From Octopus vulgaris (lineage: Eukaryota): DNA of 64,000 bases. The notes below the pieces were generated by a model, which ran no database searches, was not told where the DNA came from, and saw only the letters and a list, made by a program, of their open reading frames with translations. The stretch is taken from contig OX597814.1 of NCBI GenBank assembly GCA_951406725.2, positions 184,264,001 through 184,328,000 on the forward strand, written 5' to 3'. Positions 41,204 through 54,421 of the stretch are shown piece by piece. A program made the translations under genes and the position numbers. Each line of letters begins with the position of its first letter. The first letter of the stretch is position 1.

Positions 41204-41322
41204 CCTGTTAACCATACTGAAGCAAAATCCCCAATGATTTCGTTCAGTGATTAGTCTAATGTGGATATCTCCTACATTTGTTCCCCCACTTGGATATACC
41301 TAACACTTATATGATGAATACA

Positions 41323-41556
41323 TATTTCTTTACTGCCCCACAAAGGGCTAAACACAGAGAGGACAAACAAGGACAGACAAACGGATTAAGTCGATTATAT
41401 CGACCCCAGTGCGTAACTGGTACTTATTTAATCGATACCGAAAAGATGAAAGGCAAAGTCGACCTTGGCGGAATTTGAACTCAGAACGTAACGGCAGACG
41501 AAATACCGCTAAGCATTTCGCCCGGCATGCTAACGTTTCTACCAGCTCGCCGCCTT
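41323..41556 (-). mobile_element. SINE family B monomer
   Basis: Colinear with the other family B copies. Confidence 0.9.
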
Positions 41557-42350
41557 GTATATCACTAATACAAGGGCTTCTTTAACTCACAGTCAACCGA
41601 AGAAATTGATACGAAGATCTGGTTGATAGAATACTTGTGGAATGGCGCAGCAAGTTACAACGTCGTTTGTATTATGGCGCAGTCACTATTTACTATTTAG
41701 TTTGATCCGCTCCATGATTTCCACATTCTGAACAGTCTAGACAAATAAAAATTATCGATCCATCAGCTCATGGTGTAATTTAGCTTCTAGTTAACAGCAA
41801 AAGCTATAACAGGAAGGTGAGCTCTAAAATCATGACGCAATTAATTTCATGATCGACCAGTCATTATATACCTCATTAATCCAGTATTGGAAAATTCATT
41901 AATCCTGTATAGGGTAATTAAAAAATATATTGCATAAAAGTAATGTAAAAATGGTGGATGGAGATAAAATACATGAAGTTTAGTAGCGAGAGAATGTTCT
42001 CTTGAAAAGAACAACAAACTTCACAAAACTCTAATGAAAGTATAACGAATAAAAAAAAACTGCAGTTGTGTATATGAAATATATGAATGTGCATGAGTAC
42101 ATACTCAGGTAGTGTATTTGTGTGTGAGTGTGTGCATATATGCGTGTGTGAGTGTGGGTGTATGTGTTGTCGTGTCTTGCGTGAGTGTTTGAGAGAGAAA
42201 AGTGACTGAACAGAATAGTTGAAGAGAAAAAATAGAAAATAGAAACAGATATAATGTGCTGCAACACTTGGAGAGGGTGAGAGAGGGAAAGAGAAAGGGA
42301 GAAAGAGGGAAAGAAAAAGAGAAAGTGATACGAGAGACACAAAGGGAGAA

Positions 42351-42396
<46 letters not shown>

Positions 42397-42989
42397 AGAG
42401 GGAGAGAAAGAGATACGAGAGACAAAAAGAGAACAATGGAGAGAGAGAGACGGAGAAAATACAGAAAATAGGTCTCGACGCAGAACAGACGTCACACTTA
42501 GATGAGACTCTGTATACTATCACCACATGGAAGAAGGCATATCAGGTGATTACCTTACAATAAAAGAAAAACCAATGCAATTTCGTTTGTCTGTTTTATA
42601 TATATATATGTTTATTTTTTCTGCTATGTCATGAAGAACTAGATTGTCAAATGAAAAATTAAGTGATGTTGATGCATTAATAACATAGGCAAGCAGTCAG
42701 TTTCTCCACAAATCTAGCTACGTATATCATTTCTTGCTCATTATATGCGATAATTTTGACATGAATATTATATGTGTGTTCATGTGTGTATTTATGTTTC
42801 TAATACGATGGCAACATAGAACGAGAATGAGATCTGCTGAGTTTTTTTTTTCATATGGTTGTAAGAAACTTAGTTGTTCCACATAATATTATGTTCCAAC
42901 CGTGACCATGCAGTATTAATATATTAAAACTACAACCTTGTCCATCCAGTATTTGTATATTAAATCAAATATAACTTTCTCCTTTTCAG

Positions 42990-43106
42990 ACATCGAGACC
43001 GTACTTAAGTTTTGTTGGAGGCACATCATTTTCTGCGGTTCTGCTGAATGAACAATCCAGTGACCAAGTAGGACCGGGAGAACTCTTTAATATTTCCGAT
43101 AGCAAG
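42990..43106 (+). other. Candidate internal exon (117 bp), product unknown
   Basis: Acceptor CTTTCTCCTTTTCAG|, donor AAG|GTAACA, and an open frame TSRPYLSFVGGTSFSAVLLNEQSSDQVGPGELFNISDSK. No homology recognised. Confidence 0.25.
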
Positions 43107-43445
43107 GTAACATCTCAGATGCTGGTGCCACGAGAATATACCCGCAATAGCGGATAATAGGAAGGACATCTTGCTGATGATGACATTCCTCAAAATTAGA
43201 CGAATAAACAAATTTTCTTTTATATTGCCACCGGCAATAATTATGAGCCCTATCTGTTCTACGAAAAGAAAAAGAAAAAAGCTGAATGGCCGAGGCTGAA
43301 AGGAAACAACTGATGCGAAGCCACTGGGTACCGTGAACTATGACACAGGGAAACAAAGCTTTTGTAGAATTATATACCAGCACTTGTTCTTAATATAATT
43401 ATATATATATATATATCTTCAACCATTCCCTTCCAGTCATTCAGT

Positions 43446-43650
43446 ATGTGACCGCGTGTGTATCGTTGGCGAATTTCTTTCTCCACCTTCCCTTCCTTGG
43501 ACCTTTCCTTTTTCTATGTTTTTGACGAAGAGGTCCGTTCGAAACGTTAAATCCTCCTTCTTTCTTTCCTTTCCAGAGCGTCCAATAACACTATACTTGT
43601 TCCACGTCCTCGCGTTCTTGTGCTTTCTCTTTCTTCGTGTTTGGATTAAC
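43446..43650 (+). mobile_element. ~200-bp Penelope-derived element with hammerhead-like motif, ending in (TA)n
   Basis: TTTGACGA-AGAGG tcc GTTC-GAAACGTTA at 43521-43549. Homologous to 49047-49245 with the same end GTTTGGATTAAC|(TA)n. Confidence 0.65.
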
Positions 43651-43732
43651 TATATATATATATATGTATGTATGTATGTGCGTATTTGTAAGTATATATA
43701 TATATGTATGTATGTGTGTGCGTGTTTGTAAG

Positions 43733-43767
<35 letters not shown>

Positions 43768-43857
43768 GTGTATGTATGTGTATATGTATGTATGTATGTA
43801 TATATATGTATGCATCAGGTGGTTTTTTAGTCTAATTTTAAGTCTGTATGGGCATAG

Positions 43858-44105
43858 ATGAAGGTGCATGGCTTAGTGATTAGGGTGCTACACTCACAAT
43901 TGCAAGATCGTGGTTTCAGTTCCCAGACCAGGCGTTGTGTTGTATTCTTGAGCAAAACATTTCGTTTCACGTTTCTCTGAGATCATTTCGTCATCTGACA
44001 CGTGTCACATGGTGCACCAGTACAGTTAATGTCGATTTGATGGAGGGAGTGAGCTTATGTGAACAGAAACATTTGATCACCATAAACAAATCATCCGTTC
44101 AGTAT
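43858..44105 (+). mobile_element. tRNA-derived SINE family F (diverged)
   Basis: GAAGGTGCATGGCTTAGTGATTAGGG (A box)...GGTTTCAGTTCCC (B box)...TTCTTGAGCAAAACA (CORE-like). Confidence 0.7.
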
Positions 44106-44124
44106 AACAACGGGAAAGTGCATT

Positions 44125-44560
44125 AGCTCTAAAATAACACGGAGGAAACTAAGGTTGGCTGGACATGCTCAACATCATTCAGAGTTGATACTGCACACAG
44201 TGCTCCTGTGGGACTCCCTGCACGGAAACACTAGAAGAGGGAGACTGAGGATGATATATGTTGATGAGTTGGCAGAATCGTTAGGACGCCAGGTGAAATG
44301 CTTAGCGGTATTTCGTCTGTCTTTACGTTCTGAGTTCAAATTCCGCCGAGGTCGACTTTGCCTTTCATCCTTTCGGGGTCGATTAAATAAGTACCAGTTA
44401 CGCACTGGGGTCGATATAATCGACTTAATCCGTTTGTCTGTCCTTGTTTGTCCTCTCTGTGTTTAGCGCCATGTGGGTAGTAAAGAAATAGATATATGTT
44501 GATTCCCTAAGGACAGACACTGGTCACTGGGAGATACAGGACATGACAGTGATGATGAGG
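44125..44560 (+). pseudogene. RTE-clade LINE ORF2 C-terminal fragment split by a SINE
   Basis: RRKLRLAGHAQHHSELILHTVLLWDSLHGNTRRGRLRMIYVD | SLRTDTG resumes after the SINE. This is a typical RTE C-terminal pattern. Confidence 0.7.
44266..44490 (+). mobile_element. SINE family B monomer, slightly 5'-truncated
   Basis: Exact 13-bp TSD GATATATGTTGAT at 44253-44265 and 44491-44503. Confidence 0.92.
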
Positions 44561-45037
44561 GAAATTTTACCCGCCCTTCATAGATATGTGAGTGTGTGCG
44601 TTTGTTTTGATTCTCTGGTCAACAAAGTTTTTGTTGCATTGATATCAACACTTGGTATTACCTAATTTGAGTGCATAGATTTCAGGTCTGAAGCTGGTTA
44701 TTTCCTAAATGTTCTAATTGTTTTGCAATCAAGGTATTTCAAAGTCTCAAAATTTCGTCTTCCACACATTGACATCATAGTCTATTAGGAGAAATATGTG
44801 ATTGAACACTCTTTAAATTAGCTGGGTAATAAGAAAGAAAATACAACATGGTATAAATTTATTCAAGAATACAATTTGAAATACTTACCCTAATAAGCAA
44901 ACTTTGTAGTTTATATAAAACTTATTGATAAATAAGACATTAGTTACTATGAATAGGCAAAGCTTAATTGCAGTCTATTCATGCGAGTATTTGCGATTGA
45001 AGTTCTTGCATTTGTGGACAGTCTCGGGGTAATTACG

Positions 45038-45325
45038 CTAAATGTCCCAGTAGTAGTCTGCCATAATACGTTTGTCCAATCTCCTTTGGTAACACTCTTC
45101 CGTGGTCTTGAGGTACTGATAGAACCACTCGCCTTGTTCGTCACTTACTGCTCCAAGGTTCTCTGGGGATCTATCAAGATGACTGTACAGGAAATGGTGT
45201 TTGACACTCATGTTACATCCAAGATTACGAAAAGCTCACAACATATTAGCTACGGGAGTTTCATAGTTTATTACCGAGAGAGTTTCCTATTTCAGCTACG
45301 AATGAAAGCCATGCAGTCCTTTCCT
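45038..45325 (-). pseudogene. DNA-transposase C-terminal relic, probably Chapaev3 (CMC group)
   Basis: Minus strand reads LGCNMSVKHHFLYSHLDRSPENLGAVSDEQGEWFYQ...IMADYYW, matching the widespread motif HFLHSHLDFFPENLGAVSDEQGERFHQ..MADYCW. The superfamily name is from memory. Confidence 0.7.
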
Positions 45326-47843
45326 TAATCATCTTTCTCCCACTCATTACATATACATACAAATACACAGATGCTCATGAGAAAAAGCTATGCGTTTGCC
45401 CAATGTAGATTTCGTGGGAGGGGCATACAAACTTAGAAGCAAATTTGTATAACATTTTCGTTGTAACTTCTGCGTGAATAATAATTAGTTTTGATGTGAG
45501 AATATTAATTCTGAATATATTCGTCTGAACTGGTGAAATTTGTTCCCTCGAGCTAATGTTACGTGATAACTTTCAATCACTTTCGGTTTAGCCACAGTAA
45601 ATTCTAAGATGTTCTTAAAAATAGTGTTAAATAGTTTAGTAACCTTTGCCATGACTTCATTGTGACGATAAATGTTTTGGGCAATTATAATTTTCTGTAT
45701 CTAAAAATAGGCCTTTGTTTACACCCCTCTGATTGTCAACTGTTTAAAAATCAATAGGCAGCATCTAAAAATTGTGAACTGCGTAAATAACCTCTTCAGT
45801 TATTAAATTTGACCCAACAGGTTCATCTTCAAATGCAACATCAAAGCATTAAGATGAACATATTAAAAATAAGAAAAGAAAACTCGAAACTTATTTACCT
45901 ACGAATTTACCTGTTCTGGTGACAAGTGGAATTGAGGTGTTTGTTATATCTGAAACTAGTTCAAGTACAAGCACCTTGAATGTTTCTAAACCACAGCAAC
46001 ATTTAAAAACGATGAAAATTTCAAATTTCGGAGAATAATTTAAAAGAAATAGCTTGAAATTTGAAGAAAGCTATATTTCATCAATAATCTTGCTTCATAT
46101 CACATTGGTTATCATTAGCATAAAATTGCAGAAAACTTGATAAACCCCTGGGCAAACGATTTCTAATGACACAGTTTTAAAACGTACTCATAAAATGCTA
46201 AATATTTGCGATAAACTGAGCTAATGAGATATGTTCAAATGATGAGCTCTTTGAAGGTGTGCATCAACAGACGTTAATGGTTTAGAAGTTTTGCTTGTGT
46301 TTGTATGCTATGATTATGAAAGTGTCGTTGAAGAAGGTTTAATATTCTGCTGCTTTTGGAAAAATCTTGTTATACAAGAAACAAATTTAATTCATTTTGG
46401 GAGTAAAAAAAATGAAATTCATGTAATTTTCTCCTTGAATTTTTACTATAGTAATGCTAGGGAAGGAAAATTTCGGATTCCCTTGAATGTTGACAGTATC
46501 AACTCATCTTAATTGCAAGGCAATATCAGTAAAACAAACGCTTCAAGATCTGAAATTTATAGTGATGATGAAAAATTGGCCAATTTTTATAAAATTGTGT
46601 CCACTAAATGCCATAATTGTCAGTTTATTATGAAAAAACTGCTGCAATATCTCTAGGAGTGAAGGCAGCTTGTCTAAGAGTGTGGAGGGAGTAAATCGGA
46701 ATAAAATCATGACATTCATTGATCAGCAACTTAGTGGGTCAGTATGGAAGTGTGTAAACTAAATCATACATTTATTACTGTTATATTAGATCTTATACAT
46801 GTGTGCCTGTTGCTATTAAGCATGGATGTTGTTCTGCGGCTCATTAACAAGCAATGGTAAAGCCTACTATTGGGCTGCATCGAAAGCATTAGCAGCACGT
46901 TCTAGGTGACGGAAACATTGTAGTCGCTCTGCGAGCTTATCAAAAGTGCGACTCAATTCCACTCAGGAATAGCGCACAGTTGTACTACAAAGGATAGCAT
47001 CCATGTCTGTCTACAGTAGATTGCGTGATTGGTCGCACCTCTCGGAGAGACGCGTTTTACTTTTTGTAGTCCTGAGGCATGATGCCTGTCCATGGTTACT
47101 ACCGCTATATGTTGCTTGCTCCTCACTTTTGCGTCTCCGCTTTGCGATATTTTTCACATTTCCTGCGCTAGTACTGTTTGCCGAGTGCCTAAGATGACTG
47201 GTACTGATTTAAATAAGAATGTTATATAAATACAGTTTTCCTCTACTTGTAATATAGTGAGAAAAAAGAAAGAAGAGTCTCCCGCTGAATATTTTCGTAT
47301 TTTTTTATTGCTTCACAGAGACGGGTTGCCCGTCTTTCTTTCTCGATTAAGAGCATAGATCAGTTACTTTCTGAAACAGTCATAGATTGCAAAAATCCTT
47401 GTATTTGAAGAGAAATGAATAATAAAACAATATAAATTATATGTACAACGTGACGTAAATCAGAAATGAAATCAGTCCAAACAGCAAAGTTCCATCGGGA
47501 AAGAAACAAGAGTGTAAAGGCGTTTTCACTTTGCTGGAAATACAAAGTCATTTGCTTATGTTCTTTTCATGCTTATCACACATCTCTTATCATCTGTCTC
47601 GAACGATTCATTTTATCCGGTGCCAGACGCGAGATTTAAACTCAGAACACTCAATCCGGAACGCTCTACAATGGACTGGCTTAGGATTTATCGCACGCTA
47701 ACAGATGAAACACAGAGAGGATCAAAGTGCTATTTGAAGTCAGAGCGCAGAAAATCAGAATACACTACTCAAGGAATTTTATCCGCCGTTCCAGTGACTT
47801 TGTCAGTTCTTAGAGCGAGGGAGAAGGGTAGACCGGAGGTAGG

Positions 47844-47874
<31 letters not shown>

Positions 47875-48519
47875 GGAAGAGAGAGTAGAGAGAGGAAATC
47901 ATATGAAGATATAAAATTATATGATTAAAACAAACATCATATATTCACACATTTTCCTTAATAAAAATGGGTGTGTATTTATTTTTTCCCCACATAACTA
48001 TAACTGCATCTCCATAAATCAAAGCGATAATATTTGGCTATATTACTGGATTTGTTTATTATATTCTGCACACAGCATGAGTATTCGTACCCTCCCTACA
48101 TCAGTTGTTGTCGACTGGATGTCATATTATCAGTGTTCTCCATCTGTTTCATTTCTACAATCAATCTCAACAGAAACATTGTTAATACCTGAGAATATTC
48201 AGCCAACAAAATTCAGTTGCCTCTTCCCTTTCTATTTTTTTCTACCCACAAAACGAGTTTCGTTGAGCTCATTCAATTGTGCTGTTAGTTCAGAAGAATT
48301 TGCATTTTTCATCTCTTGGAGATTAATTTTCACAGCTATGTACTTACCACAGGATGCAATATACCTACTTTGTATCATTGTTTCCTGCGTAGTGAAATCC
48401 ACTCTTCATAATCGATATGAGGGCGGGGGTATAATTTCGTTCAGATCCCTTGCTAACCAGCCAACCAACCAACCAACCAACCATCTATCTATCTATATTT
48501 CTATCTATGACCAATGTTT

Positions 48520-48571
<52 letters not shown>

Positions 48572-48700
48572 ACACACGTTCGTATATGTGTATTTATGTA
48601 TATATCTTCTGTATGCGTATTTATAATGTCTATCTGTCCCTTTAAATAAATATATATATATATATATATATATGTGTATATATATATATATATAATATTA

Positions 48701-49020
48701 GTGAAGGCACATGGCTCAGTGGTTAGAGCGTTGTGAGTTCGATTCCTGGATCGGGCTGCGTGTTGTGTTCTTGAACAGAATAGACACTTTATTTCACGTT
48801 GCTCCAGTTCACTCAGCTGTAGAAATGAGTTGTAATGTCACTGGTGCCAAGCTGTATCAGCCTTTTCCTTTCCCTTGGATAACATCAGTGGTGTGGAAAG
48901 TGGAGGCTGGTATGCATGGGCAACTGTTGGTCTTTCATAAACAACCTTGCCCGGACTTGTGCCTCAGTGGGTAACTTTGTAGGTGCATTCCCATGGTCAT
49001 TCATGATTGAAGGAGGTCTC
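48701..49020 (+). mobile_element. tRNA-derived SINE family E
   Basis: TGGCTCAGTGGTTAGAGCG (A box) and GAGTTCGATTCC (B box). Shares the core GACACTTTATTTCACGTTGCTCCAGT with family D. 3' part matches 12045-12228. Confidence 0.85.
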
Positions 49021-49046
49021 GAATATATAGATATATATATATCAAA

Positions 49047-49241
49047 ATGTGACCTCGTGTGTACCGTTGGCGATTTTTTTTCCTCTGTCTTCCCTTCTGT
49101 GGATCTTTCCTTCTCCTATGTTTCCGACGAAGAGCTCCGCTCCAAACGTCAAACCGTCCTTCTTTCCTGAGTGTTCAATAATACTATATTTGTTCCACGT
49201 CCTCGCGTTGTTGTGTTTTTGTTGTGCTTTCCTGTTTGGAT

Positions 49242-49245
<4 letters not shown>
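49047..49245 (+). mobile_element. ~200-bp Penelope-derived element with hammerhead-like motif, embedded in (TA)n
   Basis: GTTT-CCGACGA-AGAGC tcc GCTC-CAAAC-GTC-AAAC at 49120-49154. Paralog of 43446-43650. Confidence 0.65.
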
Positions 49246-49276
<31 letters not shown>

Positions 49277-50379
49277 TCATACAATCACAAACTTTGTTTG
49301 TGATTGTATGTGTATGTGTGTGGGACCTTTTTTTAGAATGAGAGAGAAATATGGAAAACGTTAGTGATTTCATATTTCCGTCTATCAGAATCAATAGCAA
49401 TTGACAATTCGGCCCGCTTCAACTCTCTCTCTCTCTCTCTCTCTCTTAGCAATAAATATGAAATGCTATCAAAGATAGCATTTCATATTTACACATACTT
49501 GTACACTCGCTTATACATACACATACAAGCACACATGCACGGATACACACATAAGCACACGAACATATACACACATTCACGCACACATGCACACATGCCC
49601 GCACGCATGCAAACATTCTCAGATACCTATCATGACATAATAAATTATATATGGGCTAAGGCAGTGTTCTATGCATATACTAAAATATGATATTTAATTA
49701 TACCGTAAATTTAGTGAGTGTAAATTTAGTAAACTTGCAGTTTACAAAATAAAATAATGAAAATCAAAACATGACAATCATTGGAATAAAATTTTAAAAA
49801 GCCACCTGAACGCAAATGTTTGTTGCAGCATTTGTAACGTCATTTTCATGGCTGTCAATGAGCTTCCGGTTTTGCTTCATGTGATTACATAGGCATTACT
49901 AGTGATTGTTAGGGGATCAGTAATTTCTCTTGGGTCGGTTGAAAATATGCGCCTGTCTTAGATGGGGCTGGGCGTAGGGGGTAAGAAATATGCTACGGTT
50001 AAGCGAAAGCGTATGTGTGAAGAAATTTAATGAACTCAACTCGTGGAAGTGTAAATGAGTATATTGTTGTATGATGTAATTAAGTTGACAGAGCTTGACG
50101 CTATAAATGACAGAGACTATAGAGGTGAGCAATGACTCATAAAGTGTTTAAAACCTAAGAAGGAAATGGACTGTATTAATGCTTCTGGGATATAGTTAAA
50201 TATGAATTTGTTCAATTAGGCGGTGGTATATTCCCCAGCCTTTCACCAAAATCAGCGAATTTTCTTTTTCTTTCAGAAACCCTCTTCTCATTAGTTTCCT
50301 AGAATTCTCAAAATATTTGACAACATAGATAGCATTGCTATAGATATCGTTAAACTCGATAAAAACTTCGACATGCATT

Positions 50380-51197
50380 CTTATTTCTTTATTGCGCACA
50401 AGGGGCTAAACATAGATGGGACTAACAAGGACAGACAAAGAGATTACGTCGATTACATCGACCCCAGTACGTAACTGGTACTTAATTTATCGACCCCGAA
50501 AGGATGAAAGGCAAAGTCGACCTCGGCGGAACTTGAACTCAGAACGTAACGGCAGACTAAGTACCGCTGAGCATTTCGTCCGGCGTGCTAACGTTTCTTA
50601 TTTCTTTATGGCCCACAAGGGCTAAACATAGAGGGGACAAACAAGGACAGGCAAAGGGATTAAGTCGATTATATCGACCCCAGTGCGTAACTGGTACTTA
50701 ATTTATCGACCCGAAAGGATGAAAGGCAAAGTCATCCTTGGTGGAATTTGAACTCAGAACGTAACGGCAGACGAAATACCTATTTCTTTACTACTTACAA
50801 GGGGCTAAACACAGAGAGGACAAACAAGGACAGACAAACGGATTAAGTCGATTATATCGACCGCAGTGCGTAACTGGTACTTATTTAATCCACCCCGAAA
50901 GGATGAAAGGCAAAGTCGACCTCCACGGAATTTGAACTCAGAACGTAGCGGCAGACGAAATACCTATTTCTTTATTGCCCACAAGGGGCTAAACATAGAG
51001 GGGACAAAGAAGGACAGTCAAAGGGATTAAGTAGATGACATCGAACCTAGTGCGTAACTGGTACTTATTTAATCGACCCCGAAAGGATGAAAGGCAAACT
51101 AGACCTCGGCGGAATTTGAACTCAGAACGTTGCAACGAGTGAAATACCGCTAAGCATTTCGTTCAGCGTGCTAACGATTCTGCCAGCTTACCGCCTA
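50380..51197 (-). mobile_element. SINE family B tetramer
   Basis: Four head-to-tail units with junctions at ~50597, 50779/50780 and 50963/50964. Only the last unit has the full head. Confidence 0.92.
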
Positions 51198-51339
51198 GGA
51201 CGTGATTAATAATACCAATAAGAGAATGTTCTAAACTGTCATTTAATAAAAATAAAACTTTGATGACGCTAACGCTTCCATCTGCAGCGATAATACACGA
51301 GAAGCTTACAAATTTCAAAATTAGGATCAAAGTTACATA

Positions 51340-51745
51340 CGAAATAGGAAAAAAATACACTGTAATTTTATGTGGTTCTCAAAAACTTCTCCTTGAATGT
51401 TAATTAGAATATAAACAAAACCTCTCTAGCCTTAATGAATAAGCATTTCCCTGCTAAACCTCGAGAGAGATAATTATTCAGTAGAAATAAACTAAAACTG
51501 AGATGCAACCATCGACCTAAAAATATGAAAACAAGAAAACTATAAAAATAAGCAAAATAACAAATTGATTCCTCATCAATCAATCAAGAAACGCTGAAGT
51601 ATTTATACACGAGCATAATTCACCACTATCAAACTCAACAAAATCTAAGCACTAAGTGGAAACACTATGTAGGTATGATGGAATGGAAATTCAAAGAAAA
51701 ATAATAAACTGTATTTGTTTCAGAAAACTGGGAATGAGGGACGTT
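51340..51745 (+). pseudogene. Penelope-like element ORF relic (RT-EN linker and GIY-YIG start)
   Basis: Fragments MWFS..LALMNKHFP..LFSRNKLKL and KHYVGMMEWKFK resemble the PLE motifs IWFNPP..LIDKHFP..IFNRN.LKLSYS and YIG.T..FK. Confidence 0.55.
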
Positions 51746-51793
51746 GCCAAACTATGAAATGATGTCATTACTTTCAAAGAGAGTCAAGACTAT

Positions 51794-52087
51794 TAGTTTG
51801 TGTACTTCCAGTAGATCGGCGATCTCATCTTGTATAATATCACCACGCATTTCTTTTGGTGCCTACCAGGATGCTGGAATGAGATTTAGTTCCAAGCCAT
51901 GTATGATTAAAGAAAACTATATTTAAAGTTGACTTAGTCGTGACCATCCCGTCATTTGCCATATTCTGAACGCCTTACTTCACTGGGCATGGATACATTG
52001 AAACTCCGACGTCTCGCAGCTGACTTGGCAGACACCCATAAAATTATTAACCATCTTACTAACAATAACTCTGAGCACCTTTTCAAA
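51794..52087 (+). repeat. Local 294-bp duplicate of 53650-53943 flanked by a 23-bp direct repeat
   Basis: About 8 substitutions versus the donor. TTTCAAAGAGAGTCAAGACTATT occurs at 51772-51794 and 52081-52103. Confidence 0.9.
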
Positions 52088-52450
52088 GAGAGTCAAGACT
52101 ATTGAAAATTTTAGGAAAATAAAAAGAAATAAGTGGAATTTTTACCGGTGAGTGTGTTAGATTATAAGGCAAAAAACGAAGAGGACTCTCCCCAGACACA
52201 ACAGATTCAAAGAACGTATTATTCAATTTGCCATAATGGGGAAGATACTTGAATTATCTCAGCTATGCGCAAATTGTACAAAAGTCTGCTGGTTATGTAT
52301 AGATGAAAAATGTATCTTCAGATCTTAGCATCTAAGTTTGGGCTATCTAAATTTCAAATCAAATATCTTAAGCCAGTTTCGTCACTTGAAGAAATATTTG
52401 CTGAAGAATCTATGAGTTTTGAAGAAACTATTCCAATCTCGGCAAGAATA

Positions 52451-52797
52451 TCTTTTACTTGTTTCAGTCATGAATTTTTAGTCGAATGAATCGACCCAAG
52501 TACTTAATGTTTTTAGTTAAGCCTGCTAGTTATTCTATCGGTCTCTTTGCCGAACCGATAAGTTACGGTGACATAAACACACCAACAGCGGTTTTCAAGC
52601 ATTGGTTGGGGACAAACACGGACACAAATACACACGTACTTATGTGTATACCACGGGCTTCTTCGAGTTTTCACCTACCAAATCCACCCACAAAGCTTTC
52701 ATCGGCCCGAAGCCATAGTAAAACACACTTGTCCAAGCTGTGAGACTGAACCCGAAACTATGTCGTTAGGAAGCAAGCTTTTAACCAGTGCACCTGT
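52451..52797 (-). mobile_element. SINE family A, diverged
   Basis: TCTTTTACTTGTTTCAGTCA...TATTCTATCGGTCTC..GCCGAACCG...CTACCAAATCCAC...GACTGAACCCG. Confidence 0.85.
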
Positions 52798-52874
52798 ATA
52801 CATACATATACATGTGCTTATATATATGTGAAGGTGAGTATTGATAGCGATGTAGAAAAAGGGAGTGAGGGATA

Positions 52875-52914
<40 letters not shown>

Positions 52915-52993
52915 CATACATAGAAGACATACATGTATAAATATCTCTCAATTGCGTGTGTCTATATGCATATGTGGGTATATGTATGTATAA

Positions 52994-53035
<42 letters not shown>

Positions 53036-53796
53036 CGAGACGGAGAGAAAGAATGAGTGAGTGAAAGAGAGAGAAAGGTATACATATGCATGCATACATA
53101 CATACATACACACATACATACGCACACATTTACACACACATTCATATCTAAATAAAAGAGAAAACGCTTTAATTTTTTTCCTTCGTTCACGTGTTTCTTT
53201 CTTATCATTTTACTCTTTAAAGTAATGTTTATGTTTTACTTATCGCTTTATTGCATCAGAAAATTTTTTTACATATTATATTAGTTCGTTTTATTTTCCA
53301 TTTTGTCCTCAACTACTAAAATCTTTGGCTATTTTCTGTTAACATTTGACTTTAATGTACGTTGGCAACTGTGAAGTGCCAACATTTCTTACAAGTTTTT
53401 CTTTCTTGCGATTTTGTTTATGAAATCACATCCGACTGTTATAAAGTGCTCCCTCTAGAATGTTGACTGCTTCATTTCCGGTGTACATCGCATCCCTGTG
53501 TTATTTTCATTCAAGCTGTAATTTCAGACAACTGCGATTTCTTACGACTTCCTACTTTTTCTTTGCCTCTTATCGTATATTTTAACATTTTTTTCTTTCT
53601 CAAAACAAATCTGTTTAGTGTCAACCGCCGAATTTTTTTCTTTTATATATAGTTTGTGTACTTCCAGTAGATCGGCGATCTCATCTTGTATAATATCACC
53701 ACGCATTTCTTTTGGTGCCTACCAGGATGCTGGAATGAGATTTAGCTCCAAGCCATGTATGATTAAAGAAAACTATATTTAAAGTTGGCTTAGCCG

Positions 53797-54421
<625 letters not shown>

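Noticed and set aside
46830-47030. Possible CR1-like RT fragment (LLGCIESIS...)
   Set aside because: The similarity is too weak to support by eye.
47921-48649. 242-aa ORF, the longest in the track
   Set aside because: It runs through ACCA, TATC and TA microsatellites, has no recognisable domain and has AT-rich non-coding composition.
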